NCBI GenBank assembly: GCA_964016885.1 | Contig: OZ024740.1 | Location: forward strand, 187,550,001-187,614,000 | DNA length: 64,000 bases | Source: Eledone cirrhosa | Taxonomy: Eukaryota | Direction of reading: 5' to 3' | Part shown: in pieces, positions 41,613-56,794 of the stretch | Position numbering within the stretch: the first letter of the stretch is position 1 | Layout: each line of letters begins with the position of its first letter | Translations under genes and position numbers: made by a program | Notes under the pieces: model-generated | Told to the model about the DNA's origin: nothing | The model's database searches: none | The model's input: the letters and a program-made list of their open reading frames with translations, nothing else

Positions 41613-42869
41613 GTAGATATATTTATATCTTTTACTCTTTTTCCTGTTCCAGCCATCCAGCTGAGGCCATGCTAGGACACCTCCCTTGATATACATGTGT
41701 GTGTGTGTGTATAAATAGCGAATTATTTTATTAAGTAAGCACTGTCTATAGGTTAGTGTTTTGTTTTCAGATATTGATTTAAAACTACCTACCTTTATGT
41801 AGATCCTTGCAACATAGTACTTAGAACAGAACGTTAATTTGTATTGCATGTTAATGGCTATAGCTTTAGACCTTTATTTGTATTGAATATGAAATGAGTG
41901 TATATTTTCTGCAGAAGTATAATGAATTTGATATGTGTTCCTACAACCTAGGAAGTAGCAGAGAATCATGACTAAACATTGTTCTTAAGAGATGATATGG
42001 ATAGTTTTAGTTTGAGATGAGATATTATTGCAAGTTTGTGTTGCGTCATTGTTTGTTTCTTTTTTATTTTATTCACTTACTATTATCTACCCAGTCACAA
42101 TTCCTGTCAGGGAATGAGGTCTGATGTCTTGTTGATTGGTTCTCCCCTTGTTTTATTGTTTAATATGAGAAAGAAGGGCTGTGCTCATGGGCTTTTCCAG
42201 TGCCTCCGAAATGGGGGGAATGAAGAGATTCTCAAACCAGAGACTTGTCCCAAATTCTTGCAACAATGTGGTATCTGTTAAACCAAATCTACTATCCAAG
42301 TGGGCCATAGCAGGATTTGAAAGAAGTGGGTCTGCATTATTCTTTTAATATCAATAGTGTAACTATTATATGGTGAAAGGGCAAATGGTGTGAAAGGCAT
42401 CTATATAACTTCACATACTTTTCTTTGAAATCTCTTTCTTTCTGTATTACTTCCTTTTGAAATTCTTATATGGAAAAAGAATGATGTAGAAATGTCTACA
42501 CCAGTGGTTTCCTTTCTTCATTGGACATGTTCTGAACATATATATATGTGTGTATGTGTTTATATATATGTATGTTTATATATATATACACATAGAAAGA
42601 GAGACAGAGAGAGATATCAAATCATGAAGAGGAAGAATGCAAAGAAAGAAGGGAAACTGTTCTTTAAAAAATGCCAACTAAAGAAATGACGACTTGATTA
42701 TTATCATGCTTTGATTCAGTCAAAGCCATACTTTCTTATTCAAATTTTTATATAACTCTAGATATCCAGAATTAATCATTGACTGGTGTAGACTTGCCAA
42801 TAGGCATGTGAACATTAAATTTGACTTGGACCTCCATTCTTATGTGAGAATGGTGACACACACACACGC

Positions 42870-43051
42870 GGTCGATTGGCAATATCGGTAGAGGGTCGGA
42901 CGCCATGCTTTGACGTATAGAGTTATGGCTCTTTCCATTCTGAGTTCAAATCCCACCGAGGTTAACTTTGCCTTTCATCCTTACGGGGTCGATAAAATAA
43001 AGTACCAGTAATGCAATGGGTAATTTCTGGCCTTGTGCCCAAAATAGAAAC

Positions 43052-43055
<4 letters not shown>
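42870..43055 (+). mobile_element. SINE family B
   Basis: tRNA-like head with GAGTTCAAATCC, then GAGGTTAACTTTGCCTTTCATCC..GATAAAATAAAGTACCAG. Many older fragments elsewhere (~17870, 21230, 39310, 48655, 49900, 61600). Confidence 0.75.
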
Positions 43056-43128
<73 letters not shown>

Positions 43129-43429
43129 GTTAATTGATTTCTAACTTATGTACAAGGACATTCATTTTGAAGAAGAAAACACCTGATTATTTTGGCCATC
43201 AGTACATGACTGGTGTTTATTTTTTGAATCTTGAAAAGTTCGAAGGCAAACTTGAATTCTATGGGATTTGATATTAGAGCATAAAAGTTCATGGGTTAAA
43301 TATTGTTAACAATTTTGTTTGATAACCTACTGATTTGGTTAACTTTTGTTTTATAAATTGTGTCACATTAACTATTATCAGTTTACATGATTAGATAATT
43401 CACACTGCTTGCATGAGTTCCCTTGTCTC

Positions 43430-43700
43430 TCTGTCGCTATCCAATTCTATTGTTCATTATATTCCGCAGGTAAGATGGATTGTAGTTTATATTGTCATAA
43501 ATCTGCTAGATATAGGTCTTGTCATGTTATCCCCTGCTAGCTCTTCCTTGTATAGGCTCCCACAAAAGAACTTCACTAACAAATTTTTCTTTAGCTCTCC
43601 AGAAATGCCCTACAAATCTGATTCTATGCTTTTTGATGATGTCTGATACTGGACAAGGTTCCTATGCAGTCGCTCATTGGTCAGACAATCTCTCTAAGGA
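43430..43700 (-). mobile_element. Old RTE-type LINE 3' fragment
   Basis: Minus translation RIRFVGHFWRAKEKFVSEVLLWEPIQGRASRG. Confidence 0.55.
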
Positions 43701-44420
43701 GCATTCAAAGACACTTCTAACATGTGAGTGTAGGCTCCATTTAATATTCTCTCCAGTTTAGATGTTTAATTTCAGTTATTTACAGATATATAAACAAACT
43801 GAAAAAAAACAAGGAGCCATGTTTCTGACTTCACTGAAGCTGCATGAGATCTTAAGAATTCTGATACTAAGTTCCTTGTCTGTTCCACTTTCATATTCTC
43901 ATCAGAAGTTTAACCTAAAATAATAAATAGGACAAGTGTTAAATATATATAATTATATGGAGCTTTAAATACATGAGGTTAACACATGACATCAGTAAAT
44001 AATACAATAGTCTCACAGGTAAGCAATATGCAAAATGGAAGACTGCATATAATTTCTGGTGTAGAGTTTATATTCAATTGCATTATTGCTTGCAAAAAGT
44101 GAAGTTGATGCATTGTATTGTTTGAAGAAGGATAAAATTTCATTTAGTAAGAAGCTAGATCAGAAAGATTTATTTAAATTTTACTCAGTATTACAGAGCA
44201 ATTGTCATTCACATCAAGTATCATCTGAATAAAATATTTCTCCTATTAAAAATACAAACAGGAAGTATCATATTCTATCATATTTTCTTTTTCTTTCTAA
44301 TGAATTCGCATTTTTTTATACATCTTCCTGAACGAAAATGAATTACAATTTATTCATGACTGCTGACATTGCAAATTAGAAAACATGTATGTTTACTATT
44401 TATTATTTTACTTACTGACA

Positions 44421-44607
44421 AGGCAGTGGATTGGCAGTATCAGTAGAGGTTCGGACGCCATGCTTTCTAGCATAGAGTTACGTCCCTTTACGGACTGGGT
44501 TCAAATCCCTCCAAGGTTAACTTTGCCTTTCATCCTTACGGGGTCGATAAAATAAAGTACCAGTAATGTACTGGGTAATTGCTGGCCTTGTGTCAAAAGT
44601 AGAAACA
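44421..44607 (+). mobile_element. SINE family B with 19-bp target-site duplication
   Basis: ATTATTTTACTTACTGACA at 44402-44420 and 44608-44626. Confidence 0.82.
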
Positions 44608-47600
44608 ATTATTTTACTTACTGACATATTTTGACCTTAGTATTATATTTTTATCTTTGGTAGATAAACTAAAATATGGATATAATATTTTTGTGTTATA
44701 AAAATGATTTATATTTCTTATCCTTGCTATAATTTTAATATCTTTATATTCTAAAAACATTTGAAATACTATAATCATGTAAACAGGTATGGTTTGTCTT
44801 ATTGATTATAATTCTTCATAGACATTTGTCTTTGTTATTTTTGAAGTAGAAGAAGATATAATACTTTTCTATACATATAATATATTTCTAGACTTCTTGA
44901 AAACATAATACTAGTTTCTAAATGTTGGTATTATCTCTAATATAAATGTTCTTGTCACCTTTTAATTTTCTCTTGGTTAGTGACCTGTCAATAAAATACT
45001 CATAAGATGTTTTCAAAATAACCATATATATGAATGTGATGCGATGTGTGTGTTGGTGTGTGATTTGCCATTTGTAGTTGGATTATATTATTTATTTGGA
45101 CTGGCCTGCTGCCTGATGGCAAGGATGCAGAAAAGAATTACTTTATAAGAAGTATGTGTGTATAAAAATCAAATACACAAATAAAAACATATTTTTTATA
45201 TAAAGATCTAAAAAAGATTTAGAAATTGATCTGGTAGGATATAAATCAGAGTAAACCAAATATATATCTGAAGGATATTTGTTTTTTCCTTATATTATAT
45301 ATCTAGAATTTAAGAAAATAAATAAAGCTTGTATATTGAATAATAGAAATAAAATGAGCTAGGATAAATATCTCAGAAATAGAAGCAGCTAAGTGAAAAA
45401 TTTACCAACATGTTATTTCCAATTGAAAAACTAGTTGTAGATTCCTTTCATATGAATTTGTATGGATATTTATCTTAGGCATGAAATAAATATGTATTTA
45501 TGTTATCGTATTCAAACTTTGAAAAAAATGCATTGTTCGCAAAGCTAACTAATATCCATTCTATTTATTTCAAGTAGGTTTGATTTCAAAACATTTCTAC
45601 TTTTTGTATTCTTATATTTTCAATTTTAGTTATACTTTTATTTCCACCACTATTCATTTAAAAGATTAGAACATATTTACACTGTGTTAAAAGTTCATAT
45701 TCTCCATGGAAATATTTATATAAGAAATTTATCTTTTCCTCTCCCTCCAGAATGAAATAGAACATATGTGGAAAAATATTCTATGGTCATATATCATATA
45801 TTGTTATGAATATGTTCATGCATATTTTACTAATTTAAGATTTGAAATATCAGTATATTCTAAGTGAATTTGAATGATGTATTATGAAAATTATGTATAT
45901 CAATTTTTGCATATTTTGACAGTTCTGAGCTATCTTTCTAAATTATTAAGTTTGTGAATGACTATTTACTAATCTTAATTTGATTCAATATTGTTGTGCA
46001 ATGAGGCAGTAAAATGCCAGGGTTGTTAGAACATTGGGTAGAATGCTCTGCTTTATTCATTCCGGCTCTCTCCATTCATTTATACCCCTTATATCTTGCA
46101 AGGTCAACTTTGCATTTTATTCTTTCGTGTTCATTAAAAAAAGTATCAGTCTTGTACTGGAGTAGATTGTTCATTTATATCTCTTTCCATCTACCATTCT
46201 CTACCATTGACTTCCCATCTACCATTCTCTCTCTCTCTCTTCTCTGGAAGAAATTAGCTGAGTTGAGACATGGAGAGGGATGGGGTAGACTAGGTTTAAA
46301 GTGCCTAAGAAATGCCATATGTTACTGTGTTGCCCCTATGATTCCACCAATTGCTACTGGTCCATACAATGTTGTGCAATAGTTATTTCAGACAATTTAT
46401 GTATACACAAAAACTTATCATAGTAGAGTCTATTATGAAGTGTCAAATTTTTTGTCAAACTTCGGCGACATGATCTCAGACACAATTCCACTGTATCTTA
46501 ATTGCATCAGTGACTAAGTTACAGATGTGAGACGAAATATTTTGATACTTCATAATTGACTCAGCTGTTAATCTTTTTGATACCAACCTGCCTGAAACCA
46601 CCCTGCTTTTTATAATACACACATTTTCATTTTAAAATGTTCATACTTATATTAAAACCTTCCACCATGTTTTTATTTTAGAGATGTCTTTTCAAAGAAC
46701 TGCTTACTAATGAAAAGTTTATTTGACTCTTTAAATTCTTAAAATTTCCAAACATGCACACAATGTATTTCATTAGAAGTATGGTAACAAATGTGTTAAG
46801 AAATACATGAAAAGTGAATATAGCATGTTTTGTGTGTTCCTAAGTGGCTAATAGGGCTCTTCCCAGAGGTAGTTGTTTCAGCTACCATACACAAATCCTT
46901 ATATCAAGTCAGTTCATATTAATTTAAAATATATAATGATAATCTTATTTCTATGCTAATTGGAATTTGTGCTAAGTTCTTAAGTCTTTGTAAACTTAAG
47001 TTCTTGAAATCTATGTCAAATCTAACAGTGAGTGAGTACAATGGTACATTGAGGGATAGTACCTCAGAAGTTAAGTTGCTAAACTTGATCAGTCATTAAA
47101 TCACATTTTTCTACCACATACATTTTGTTCTTACATAACTCTGTTTCAGTTTGCTTGAATGACCATAACAAGTTCAACTTCTTTCTTAACCCTATTATGC
47201 CTTGGGCTTTCAGAATCCCCCCTTTTTAAACACAATCTCATTTAATTTCTTTTCACAACATTCATCACTGGCCCTATTTCCATCACCTCTGCAGTTTATT
47301 ATGTCTTCCTCTCTGTGCGCTACTTTGCTTATCCACTGAAACATATTTTCTGCGGCTCAATGTTCATCATCCATGTCTTTCGCTTATAAATCATATTCTT
47401 GAAACAATTTAAGAAATCCTTTAAAATATATTGAAGCCAATGGTATGATTCCCTGTAATAAAGAAAGCATTAACGTATTGGGATTCTTTGAATTCTGGAT
47501 TTACTATCAATTGTATTGGCATTTTAATACAACATGGATTTGATGCTTGTTATAGATTTTACAATATTAGATTTTTATATGTAATTCTTAATTACTAATT

Positions 47601-49142
47601 CTAACTTTGGAAATGAATAGCCTTATTGGTAACCTAGTAGACTTAATGTCCATGAACTTATTTGAGCGTAATTCTGTAGGCCTAAACCAAGCATGTTCTT
47701 CAAATAGTTCCTCAAAGATGTGCTTCCTATCCTTGGTAAATACCTTAATCCTTCTCTATCATCAGGAGATCAGATGAATTGCTTAGGCCAACTCAGATGT
47801 CCCTGTTATCCATTGCTGTTTTCAGATCTTTGATTGTCAAATCAACATCTTTAGTCAGTTGGGCCATATATATCATCCGAGTATGCCCGATGCGAGAGTG
47901 TCCATGGGTTAGCCACTAGAGAAGGCTACTAACAAGCTCGTCTTTGCTTGTCTCTACAGTGATCTCATTTTGTCTCCCATTCTTAAGAAGGGAAATTGTC
48001 AACAAATGATCTATTGCCTCAAAGATGATAGAAATTGACATAAACCACTATATCCTCCATCACTTTTCCACTCACTCTCTTCTTACTGACTGTCAGTACA
48101 ATTTTTGTTTACCCAGAGCTACTGGAGATTAGCTATCCTATGTTCCACCCCAGTGGATAATCACCACTGAGAATCTTTTAAAAACCAATGCTCTCTGTAA
48201 ATATTATAGGCAATGTTTTGTCTCAGCTAACCACCCCCTCACCTCCTTAAAAAAACAATCTACTTTTTATACAAACAGTTTCTTTCTTACAGATCTGGGA
48301 ATTGATAGCTGATATATTTATGTATAGCTCCAGGGAATTTGCTGTATAATAAGAATTTAATGTTATCCTTTAGAAATCTTCATTTTAAAGCAATGAAGAT
48401 ATCTGTCTTATTTAACGACATGCTGCTTTCAATGGGATATAATCTTGTAACTAAATGTTTTATCTTCTCCATTTCATCATTATGATTTTTATAAGAAAAT
48501 AGAGAAAGTTTATATAAAATAATTAAACCAACATATCTTAATTAATGAATTAGCTCTGAAAAATTAAAAAAGTATAAATATAGTTTAGTTTTTACAGTTT
48601 CAGTTAAATCATGTTTCCTATTCTTACTTCCTGCATCACCACTTTATCCTTGAGTACATCTGAGTTCAAATCCCACCGAGGTCAACTTTGACTTTCATCC
48701 TTTCAAGTTTGATAAAACAAAGTACCAGTTAACACTGGGGTTGATTTTTTTTCCCTTTACATCTTTATCATTTCCTCTCTCTCACTTTCTAACCATCTCT
48801 GGAAGAAATCTTTGTTGTTTAGACCTGGAGAGGGATGGGCTCTGCCAGACTTCAAATACCCATGAAATGCTGTATGCCACTATGCCACCCTTACGACTCC
48901 ATCAAGTGTTGTGGGACCATTCTATACCATTCATTGTTGCAAGGTCTCTGTTTTAAGAATATCCTTCTTCTTGTTTCACTCGCTCCTACCAGTCTTGGAA
49001 ACCCTGAAAAAGGTTAATGGCACTGCCTTTCTATCTTTGACTAAACAACAAATTGAACAAACCAAAAAAAGTGGGGAGGGTGTAAATTTTAATCCTCTCT
49101 ATTAATATACTAAAATAAAATAAAGATTAACATTTGGCACAT

Positions 49143-49483
49143 GGAGGCACATGGCTTAGTGGTTAGAGCATTGGGCTTGCAATCGAAAGGTTATGAGTTC
49201 AATTCTCAGACCGGGTGATGTGTTGTTTCCTTGAGCAAGACACTTTATTTCACATTGCTCCAGTTTACTCAGCTGTAGAAATGAGATGATAGGGACTGGG
49301 GTCCATATCATTCCACTGCAAAGTGGTCGTGGAGGTGCCACGGCAAAAAAGCACCCACCACTCACTGTAAATGAGGTTGGTGTTAGAAAGGGCATCCAGC
49401 TGTAGAAATCAAGCCAGCATCAGTTCCCGTCCCACCCTTGCAAGCAGGGAAAAGCGGACGTAAAATGAAATGATGATGATGAT
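49143..49483 (+). mobile_element. SINE family A
   Basis: Near-identical to 13429-13778. Confidence 0.9.
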
Positions 49484-52400
49484 TTAAAGTTAAATACCAT
49501 CTTTACCAAGAAAAACTGCATTAGTTTGAATAAATTTTCCTTGTGAAAAATGAGGAAACATTAAAACATAAACATGTATAATTACAAAATATGTTGCCAA
49601 TACAATAAAGCCAGTATATATTTAAGGCTACATTTGATCATGGCTGACCATGAGTTACACCTGGACAGTTTCTCTTTAAGATGCAAACTTAAGCAAGGTG
49701 TTTTGTGTATGATAGTTATCTATGCTTTAAATTTTCTCCTCTCCATACCATTGATGTTGTCCAAAAGATAGTTAATGGCATTTGCTCGGAATCAATGTCA
49801 TTGCAAATAAATTCAGAATGCAAAGGGGCCAAAAGAGATGTCACAAGTCCCGTGCAATGCCCTAACAATTCTGCCAAAAAACTGTGCTGGTCTCATACTT
49901 TATTTATTGATCTTAAAAGGATCAAAAGCAAAGTTGATCTTAATATTAGCAGGATTTGAATTTAGAGTACAGAGTTGGGATAAAAACCACAAAGCATTTT
50001 TATCTGATGCTCTAATAACTCTGCCAATTAGATATAGTAACCTGTATATATCTTTCACTTCTTTCTTACCAAAGATTATGATTATTGGGTGGGTTAAAAT
50101 ATAATGTACTGTGATTCTATTAAATTGTTTGAATGTTTGATAGGAAAATCTGCCTGATGTTGAGATTTAAAGATAATTTAACTTTGTGTCTTAGCTATTA
50201 CGATAGAAAGATGAATAAGAAACCTTGATTAAATGAGATAGCATTATGAAGCACAAAAGATGACATTTCAGTTTACAATAAATTTTGATCATTGATATTG
50301 CATTAGCATTAGATCAAGTTTATTGGACAAAGAAAAATAGCGATTAAAAAGATATGAAAAAAAATCCATAAAAGACCATTTTGTTAAGATGATAAAAGGA
50401 AATTTAGAATTGGATTGGAACTATATGTATCAAATATCCAATTGCATGTTTAAAAAGAAACAAAATATTATTTAAATTTTGGCTATATACTATCACACTA
50501 AATATGTTTTCATTACACAATGTTTATTAATTTTTAGCAGACCTAACTGTACTCTGTCCCGCTTCCCTGACAGCAAATGTATCAGTCTATTTCTTTTCCA
50601 GATCATGACAGCATCAAATCAGTTTATATCCAATACAATCTACCATCATCTTTTTATGTACTCCCTCAAGCTTAATTCTTATTGGCATTTATCTCTCATC
50701 ATCTCATCTCTATTACTATTCATCTCTCTTTTTCTCACATGCCATCAAACCTGTCTGTCTTTCTTTCATTATTCCCTGCCATAACTGTCTTGCATCTCTC
50801 CAATTGATTCTGCATCTGCAACACTCTTACCCCATTTACTCAGCTTCTCACATCACACTTTCTTCTATTCATCCTCTTGGTTACATTGCTTTGAATGAGC
50901 AATGTAGTGATTCAAAGCAACCCCCAAAGTGTTGGTGCCATGATAATTTTATCATGGCACCAACACAATTTTTGGTTGCTGTTAGGAAGGGCTTCCAGCC
51001 ATAGAAACCATTCCCTAAAATGGAACATATGAATAAGATATGGTCTGAGTTACATGGTACCAGTAGTAGTCAGAAGCCTGACCTGACCACAACTGGTAAT
51101 GCCTAAAGAAAATTTTCTGTCTCTATTTGATCTATTAACATAGTTTGACAGGGCAATCTATTTCCAATTAGTTGTTTTTTGTATGTTGCTTTTATGTTTG
51201 CATAGATTGTGTGGAAGCCACTTATAGCCCTGACAATAAAGAGAAGGGAAACATACAGTTGTCTATGGGTTGGGGAGGCAGCCAAGAAAACTTTGATCTG
51301 GCTGTAGAACAAGAAGGTGGAGTTTAACTGGAAGCTAGGAGAATAGCAGTGACTAACCACCACTGCCAACCCCCCAAAACTGGAAGATGTGGATTACATG
51401 TAAACATCCAAGGAATGTTAGTCACTATGTGATGATTTCTCTTTCTAGCTACAGTCACAAGTGTCTGAATATGTCACCATCTGCAGTAGAAGTATAGTCA
51501 TAGATAGATAGAGTTTGATTGACAAGATCCCAGCCCCCATTCACTCAAAATGTTGGGGTAGACCTCATCAAATTGGACCAAGGAAACAATGTTTCAATTG
51601 ATCTTACTATTGCTGATACTATCTACCAGTCGCAATTCCTGGCAGTATTGTCATATGTATGTAAAATGTTAAACTGGCACATACAGATATATTTAAATTA
51701 TAATTTATTTAGTTTTAGAGCATTTACTCACTGTCATTTCCTCTTCTTTGCCATCTTTGAGTAACCTTTTCACATGGTAGTAAAATTCTATGGATGTCAT
51801 ATTTTGGATTCATCCTAACTCAGTATCACTGGCATAAATGGTAATTTCTTAACTGAAGAAATTCATTTAGAATATATTTATTTTCTTAGAATGTATTAAT
51901 TTGGTAATTTTACTATGTTGTAAATTATAAACTCAACATAAAAAATGTTACTTGTCTATAAATAATAGTAAAAGTCTATAATAAAAATAATTATGTGCAG
52001 TGAGCACTAATTTATTGCCAGACGAATGAGTGGAAAACCTGAAAAGAAATTAAGAATGAATATTTTCTCATTTTATATTTATATATAACCTAATAAATAA
52101 TGGAGAGGATTTCTTTAGGTTTAATGTTTAAACATTATAAAGTCATTATTATGACACACTTTTATCTATTTAAAGTTCTGTTTAGATATTTCTGGCTAGA
52201 ATTCTAAACTTGTTCCGATTTAATTACTGTTAGAGTAATGAAAATTTGCAGTTTCTGTTCTGTAAAATTTTCAAATTAGATGTACTTGACACATTTTATC
52301 CTTTTATGATATTAGAACTTGAGAAACAATGTGCATATTAACATTTAAGTGTTGCTTCAGGATTTATTTTCTTCGGTTGAAAGTAATTCTGAAAATACAT

Positions 52401-53149
52401 CTTAGTAAACATTATGATGAAAATTCTAGATTGAAAATGTAAGCTGCAAATACCAGACACATATGTCTAATGTACTTTTTCATATATTCAGAAGCATATA
52501 TCATGTGAATGCTACTATTCCATCTAATATTTTACATCCCCTGATCACCATCACCTTTAATTTTGTTCTCATGTTTGTTTTCCAAACTGACATATTTCAA
52601 AGAATCTTGTTGGCAACATTTTATACCATGACAGATGTGAACTCGAATAATTTACACACAATCTTATCAGTCAAACTTCTATAATGATATTTTGTATTTC
52701 TATGCATCTCTAATTGAGATTAGGGTTTCATGGATGAACACTTTTCTTTGAATCAATGGCTAATTATAATGCCTATCTTTCCAAGTGTCTATTCTACGTT
52801 TGTTGCTTTTGTGATAGCTGAAAGAATTCTATCTCTTATATTTTGATGTTGCTAATAAACTTAGTATTGACTAGATTTAAAGTTTACAAAATATAGGCAT
52901 TTCTGCATCTTTCATAGTGTTCTCTCTTTTGTATAGTTGTGATAAAGGACTATGAATTAACAATTACATTCTTTTGCAACATATTTTCATTTAATTTTGT
53001 TATCCAAAATTCATTGTTTTGAATATGCCCCAAAATGTTTAATTCAATTATAGGAAATATCTATTATGATATTAATAAATATTTAATATGAAGAGTATTG
53101 GATAGTTTTAATATATCTATAGAATATTCTATTACAACATTGAATGTGA

Positions 53150-53500
53150 CTATCCAATCCAGGGCTTCCTCACTCCTGTTGTAGAAACCCTCCCTAGTTG
53201 ACCTCCATCAATTTCTGGTTTGTTTTGGTCCTATTAGTGGTGTAGCCATGCTCACCACACTTGGCTAATTGTGGGTTGATGAAGCTATTTAACTCATAAT
53301 TGAGGTGGATAGCTGTTGACTCACAGGAGTTCATCAGTCCTTTTCACAGCTCTTTTTTTTTTGTACTAGTGGGGTTCAACTTACATTCCTCACCAGATCA
53401 GGGTCTAGTGGGGGAACTGGTTTAGTCGCTGACCACTCGATCATGAAGAAGGTTGTACTGGATTACATGGTACCAGTAGCAGACAGAAACCTGACCTGAG
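53150..53500 (-). mobile_element. Diverged 5' head of RTE-derived element (related copy at 54110-54455)
   Basis: Shares GTTGTACTGGA.TACATG.TACCAGTAGCA...CTGACCTGA (reverse complement) with 40650-40700. Confidence 0.6.
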
Positions 53501-54796
53501 TATAGCAAATATTAAATAAAGAATTTAAGAACACAATTATACAGAATGAATTACTATAGAGGATAAGTTAATGTTATATAGTTAAGACTTTTCAAAGTCT
53601 TGGAAAATGCATGAGCTATCTGAGATCAGAAATTATTCTTGAACAAAGCAGTATATGGCGTTTAATAATTGGGAGGAAATGTTCAATAGATTTTGTTAAC
53701 TAGTTTGTATTTCCATTGATATTTGATATTGATATTAAAAACAATTAATTAATATCTTATACAATCTATATTTCTGCTATGCTGTATATTCTCAAATTGT
53801 TTCGATTACCTATTTATTGGAATTTATTTCTAATAAATTCATAGTCTGCACACTCCATGATATAATGGTTATGCAAATAAGGTCAGTGACTACCAGTTCT
53901 ATTTAAGGGATGGTTTTTATGGTGCTTTGCTTGCTTAATGTTGCTGAATTATGATACCCAGCTGTAACAGATATTTGAATGTTTGAACTTACTGGTAGTG
54001 GAAAGCATTGATATATCTCTACTTGTAATCTTTTCAAAATAAAGACATGTTTAAAACAAAAAAAATCTTAATAACAAAAAGAAAATAATGAACTGATAAA
54101 TCATTCGATCCAATCTAATCCAGTTCAGAGCCTTCTCGCTCTTATTGGAGAAACCCCTCACTGGTGACCTCCACCACTTTGTTTAGTTTCGGTCATGACA
54201 ATAGTGTAGTTGTACTCAATACTCTTGGTCAATTATGGGTTGTTGAGGCTATTTAACCCATAGTTGTGGTGGCTATTGATTCTCAGGAGTTCATCTGCCC
54301 TTCTAACAGCTCTTGTTTTTTTTACTGCTAGGGTTCCACTTACTCTCCTCATCAGTCCAGGCTCTTGTGGGGAAGTAGGTTTAGTTGCCAACCATTCAAA
54401 CATGAAACCTGTTGAACTGGGATACATGGCACCAGTAACAGGCAGAAACCTGTATCCTTTAAAATGAAACATTTCTTTCTTACCAAGCCATTATCTGATC
54501 CAGCAGAGTCGAGTCAGGCAATAGATGTCAAGTTTATATTTGAACTTGTTTTAACAGCAAACTATTTATATGAAAATGAATTTAAAACTATATGTTCATA
54601 AGTTTTCAGAATAGGTGTTATGTATTTTCATTATTTTCATAATATAATGTATATTGTTTGATATATCGTTTAATTTCCTTTGGGTTTACTATTAAATGAG
54701 GCCAAACAAAGTATGAATATTTGCATACATATGATCTGATCTTATGATAATGCCATTCTAAATTTTATGTATATTAAATCCATCACTATATAATTT

Positions 54797-55090
54797 ATCA
54801 TCATCATCATCATTTTATGTCCGCTTTTCCCTGCTTGCAAGGGTGGGACAAGTCCTATTCAACCCAGCATCTCTCCATTTGTCACGGTCCTTCGTCATCT
54901 CCTCCGTAAGCTTCAGCAATCTGAGGTCAGCTCTTACCACTGCCACTCATGATTTTTGTGGTCTTCCTCTACTGTGTCTTCCTTCTAGTCGGATTTCTTT
55001 GCACTTCTTTATCCAGCGGTCATCCTCCATGGGCATCACATGTCCATACGAACGCAATCTTCTCTCCCGCACGCCACAGATAATCCCTCT
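54797..55090 (-). mobile_element. RTE LINE 3' fragment whose tail matches the SINE A tail
   Basis: VRERRLRSYGHV..RGRPQKS..DRDKWR, then TCCCACCCTTGCAAGCAGGGAAAAGCGGAC.TAAAATGATGAT. Confidence 0.8.
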
Positions 55091-55299
55091 TATATATATA
55101 TATCTATGTATCTATCTATATATTTATACACACACATATGCACATTTTAGCAGCAGAGAAAAGGTGTGCTGAAAGCAGAGTAGCCAGAGTGAAAACAGTT
55201 TGGAAAAAATTCAGGGAGCTACTACTGCTGCTAACCACAAAAGGCTTTTCTCTTAAAATGAAAGGCTGAATGTATGAAGCTTCCATGTTTCAATGGTTG

Positions 55300-55600
55300 T
55301 GTAATACATGACTGGCAAAGCATAAATCAACTGACATAGAAACTGAGGATAAGAGGGATCAGATGCAGTGTGCAGGAGAGGAGATTGTGTTGGTATGGAC
55401 ATGTGATACATATGAATGATGATAGCTGTATAAAAAGGTGCAGAATGCCCAAAGTTGATGGTAGTTATGGAGTAGGAACACCTAGGAAGACTTGAGGTGA
55501 GGTGATAAAAGCTGACCTTGCAGAATTGCATGACTCAAAGGTGATGACACAGGATCATAATCTCTGGCATTATGCGGTAATACAGAAGACCTGCCCACCC
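55300..55600 (+). mobile_element. Older RTE LINE 3' fragment
   Basis: VQERRLCWYGHVIHMNDDSCIKRC..GTPRKT. Confidence 0.65.
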
Positions 55601-55774
55601 ATGTCGGAACACTCTACCAATTTCCTAGCATCCCAAGCTTCTAGATCTACTTCCCCAATCCCAAGGCACCTTTCTAGTCCACACTATAAAGTGATTGGTT
55701 TGGTGCCATGACAAAAGAACACCCAGCACATCATGTAAGGTGGTCATGTATGTGTTATGACAAAAATCACACAG

Positions 55775-56119
55775 TCATCATCATCATCATTTCATTTTAC
55801 GTCCGCTTTTTCCCTGCTTGCAAGGGTGGGATGGGAACTGATGCTGGCTTGATTTCTACAGCTGGATGCCCTTCCTAACACCAACCTCATTTACAGTGAG
55901 TGCTGGGTGCTTTTTTTGCCGAGGCACGTCCACGACCACTTTGCAATGGAATAATATGGACCCCAGTCCCTATCATCTCATTTCTACAGCTGAGTAAACT
56001 GGAACAATGTGAAATAAAGTGTCTTGCTCAAGGAAACAACACATCACCTGGTCAGAGAATTGAACTCACAACCTTTCGATTGCAAGGCCAATGCTCTAAC
56101 CACTAAGCCATGTGCCTCC
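55775..56119 (-). mobile_element. SINE family A, nested in an older SINE (55680-56285)
   Basis: Reverse complement of family A. The flanks join into a family-A-related 3' segment. Confidence 0.88.
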
Positions 56120-56760
56120 ATCAGTACACACCATAAATGTGGTTGGTGTTAGGAAGGGCATCCAGCCATAGAAACTAAGCCAAAATCAATTCTTTATGAG
56201 GAAGTCATGGTCATCTGACAATGGGACAGCTCATCTAACCCATACTAGTGTGGAAAATTGATGTTAAACAGTGATGATGATAATGATATAATGTGTGTAC
56301 AGTTTCGCCTTTCTAGACAACTACACGCAAAATGAAGATGTTTTTATTTACTTAACAATTTCATTTATTTTGTTATATTTTAGCAGGATACTTTTGTTTA
56401 AAGATTAACATATTCTAACTTGTTTTCTCTGGAGCTTATATTTGATTATATATATGGCTAATATTGTGTATTGGATTTAAAATAATGTATTCAACTTAAA
56501 GCACTTGATGCACTTTATGTACACTTAATAAATTGTTTTTATTGCTTACAAATTCTTGGCCACAAGCCAGTGACATAGCAAGGAAAGATATCTACATATC
56601 AATTATATTTATATCTATAAATTTAAATTATTCATAATTACCTACATTCCCATTATTTATATCTATATACACACACACCCTTACACACATAGACATACAT
56701 ATAAACATTTATTTTTTTATTATTATCTCATTTATTACATTATAATATCTTATAGCCATG

Positions 56761-56794
<34 letters not shown>

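Noticed and set aside
47700-48300. Slightly GC-richer stretch, possibly a decayed retroelement
   Set aside because: No diagnostic motif recoverable by eye.
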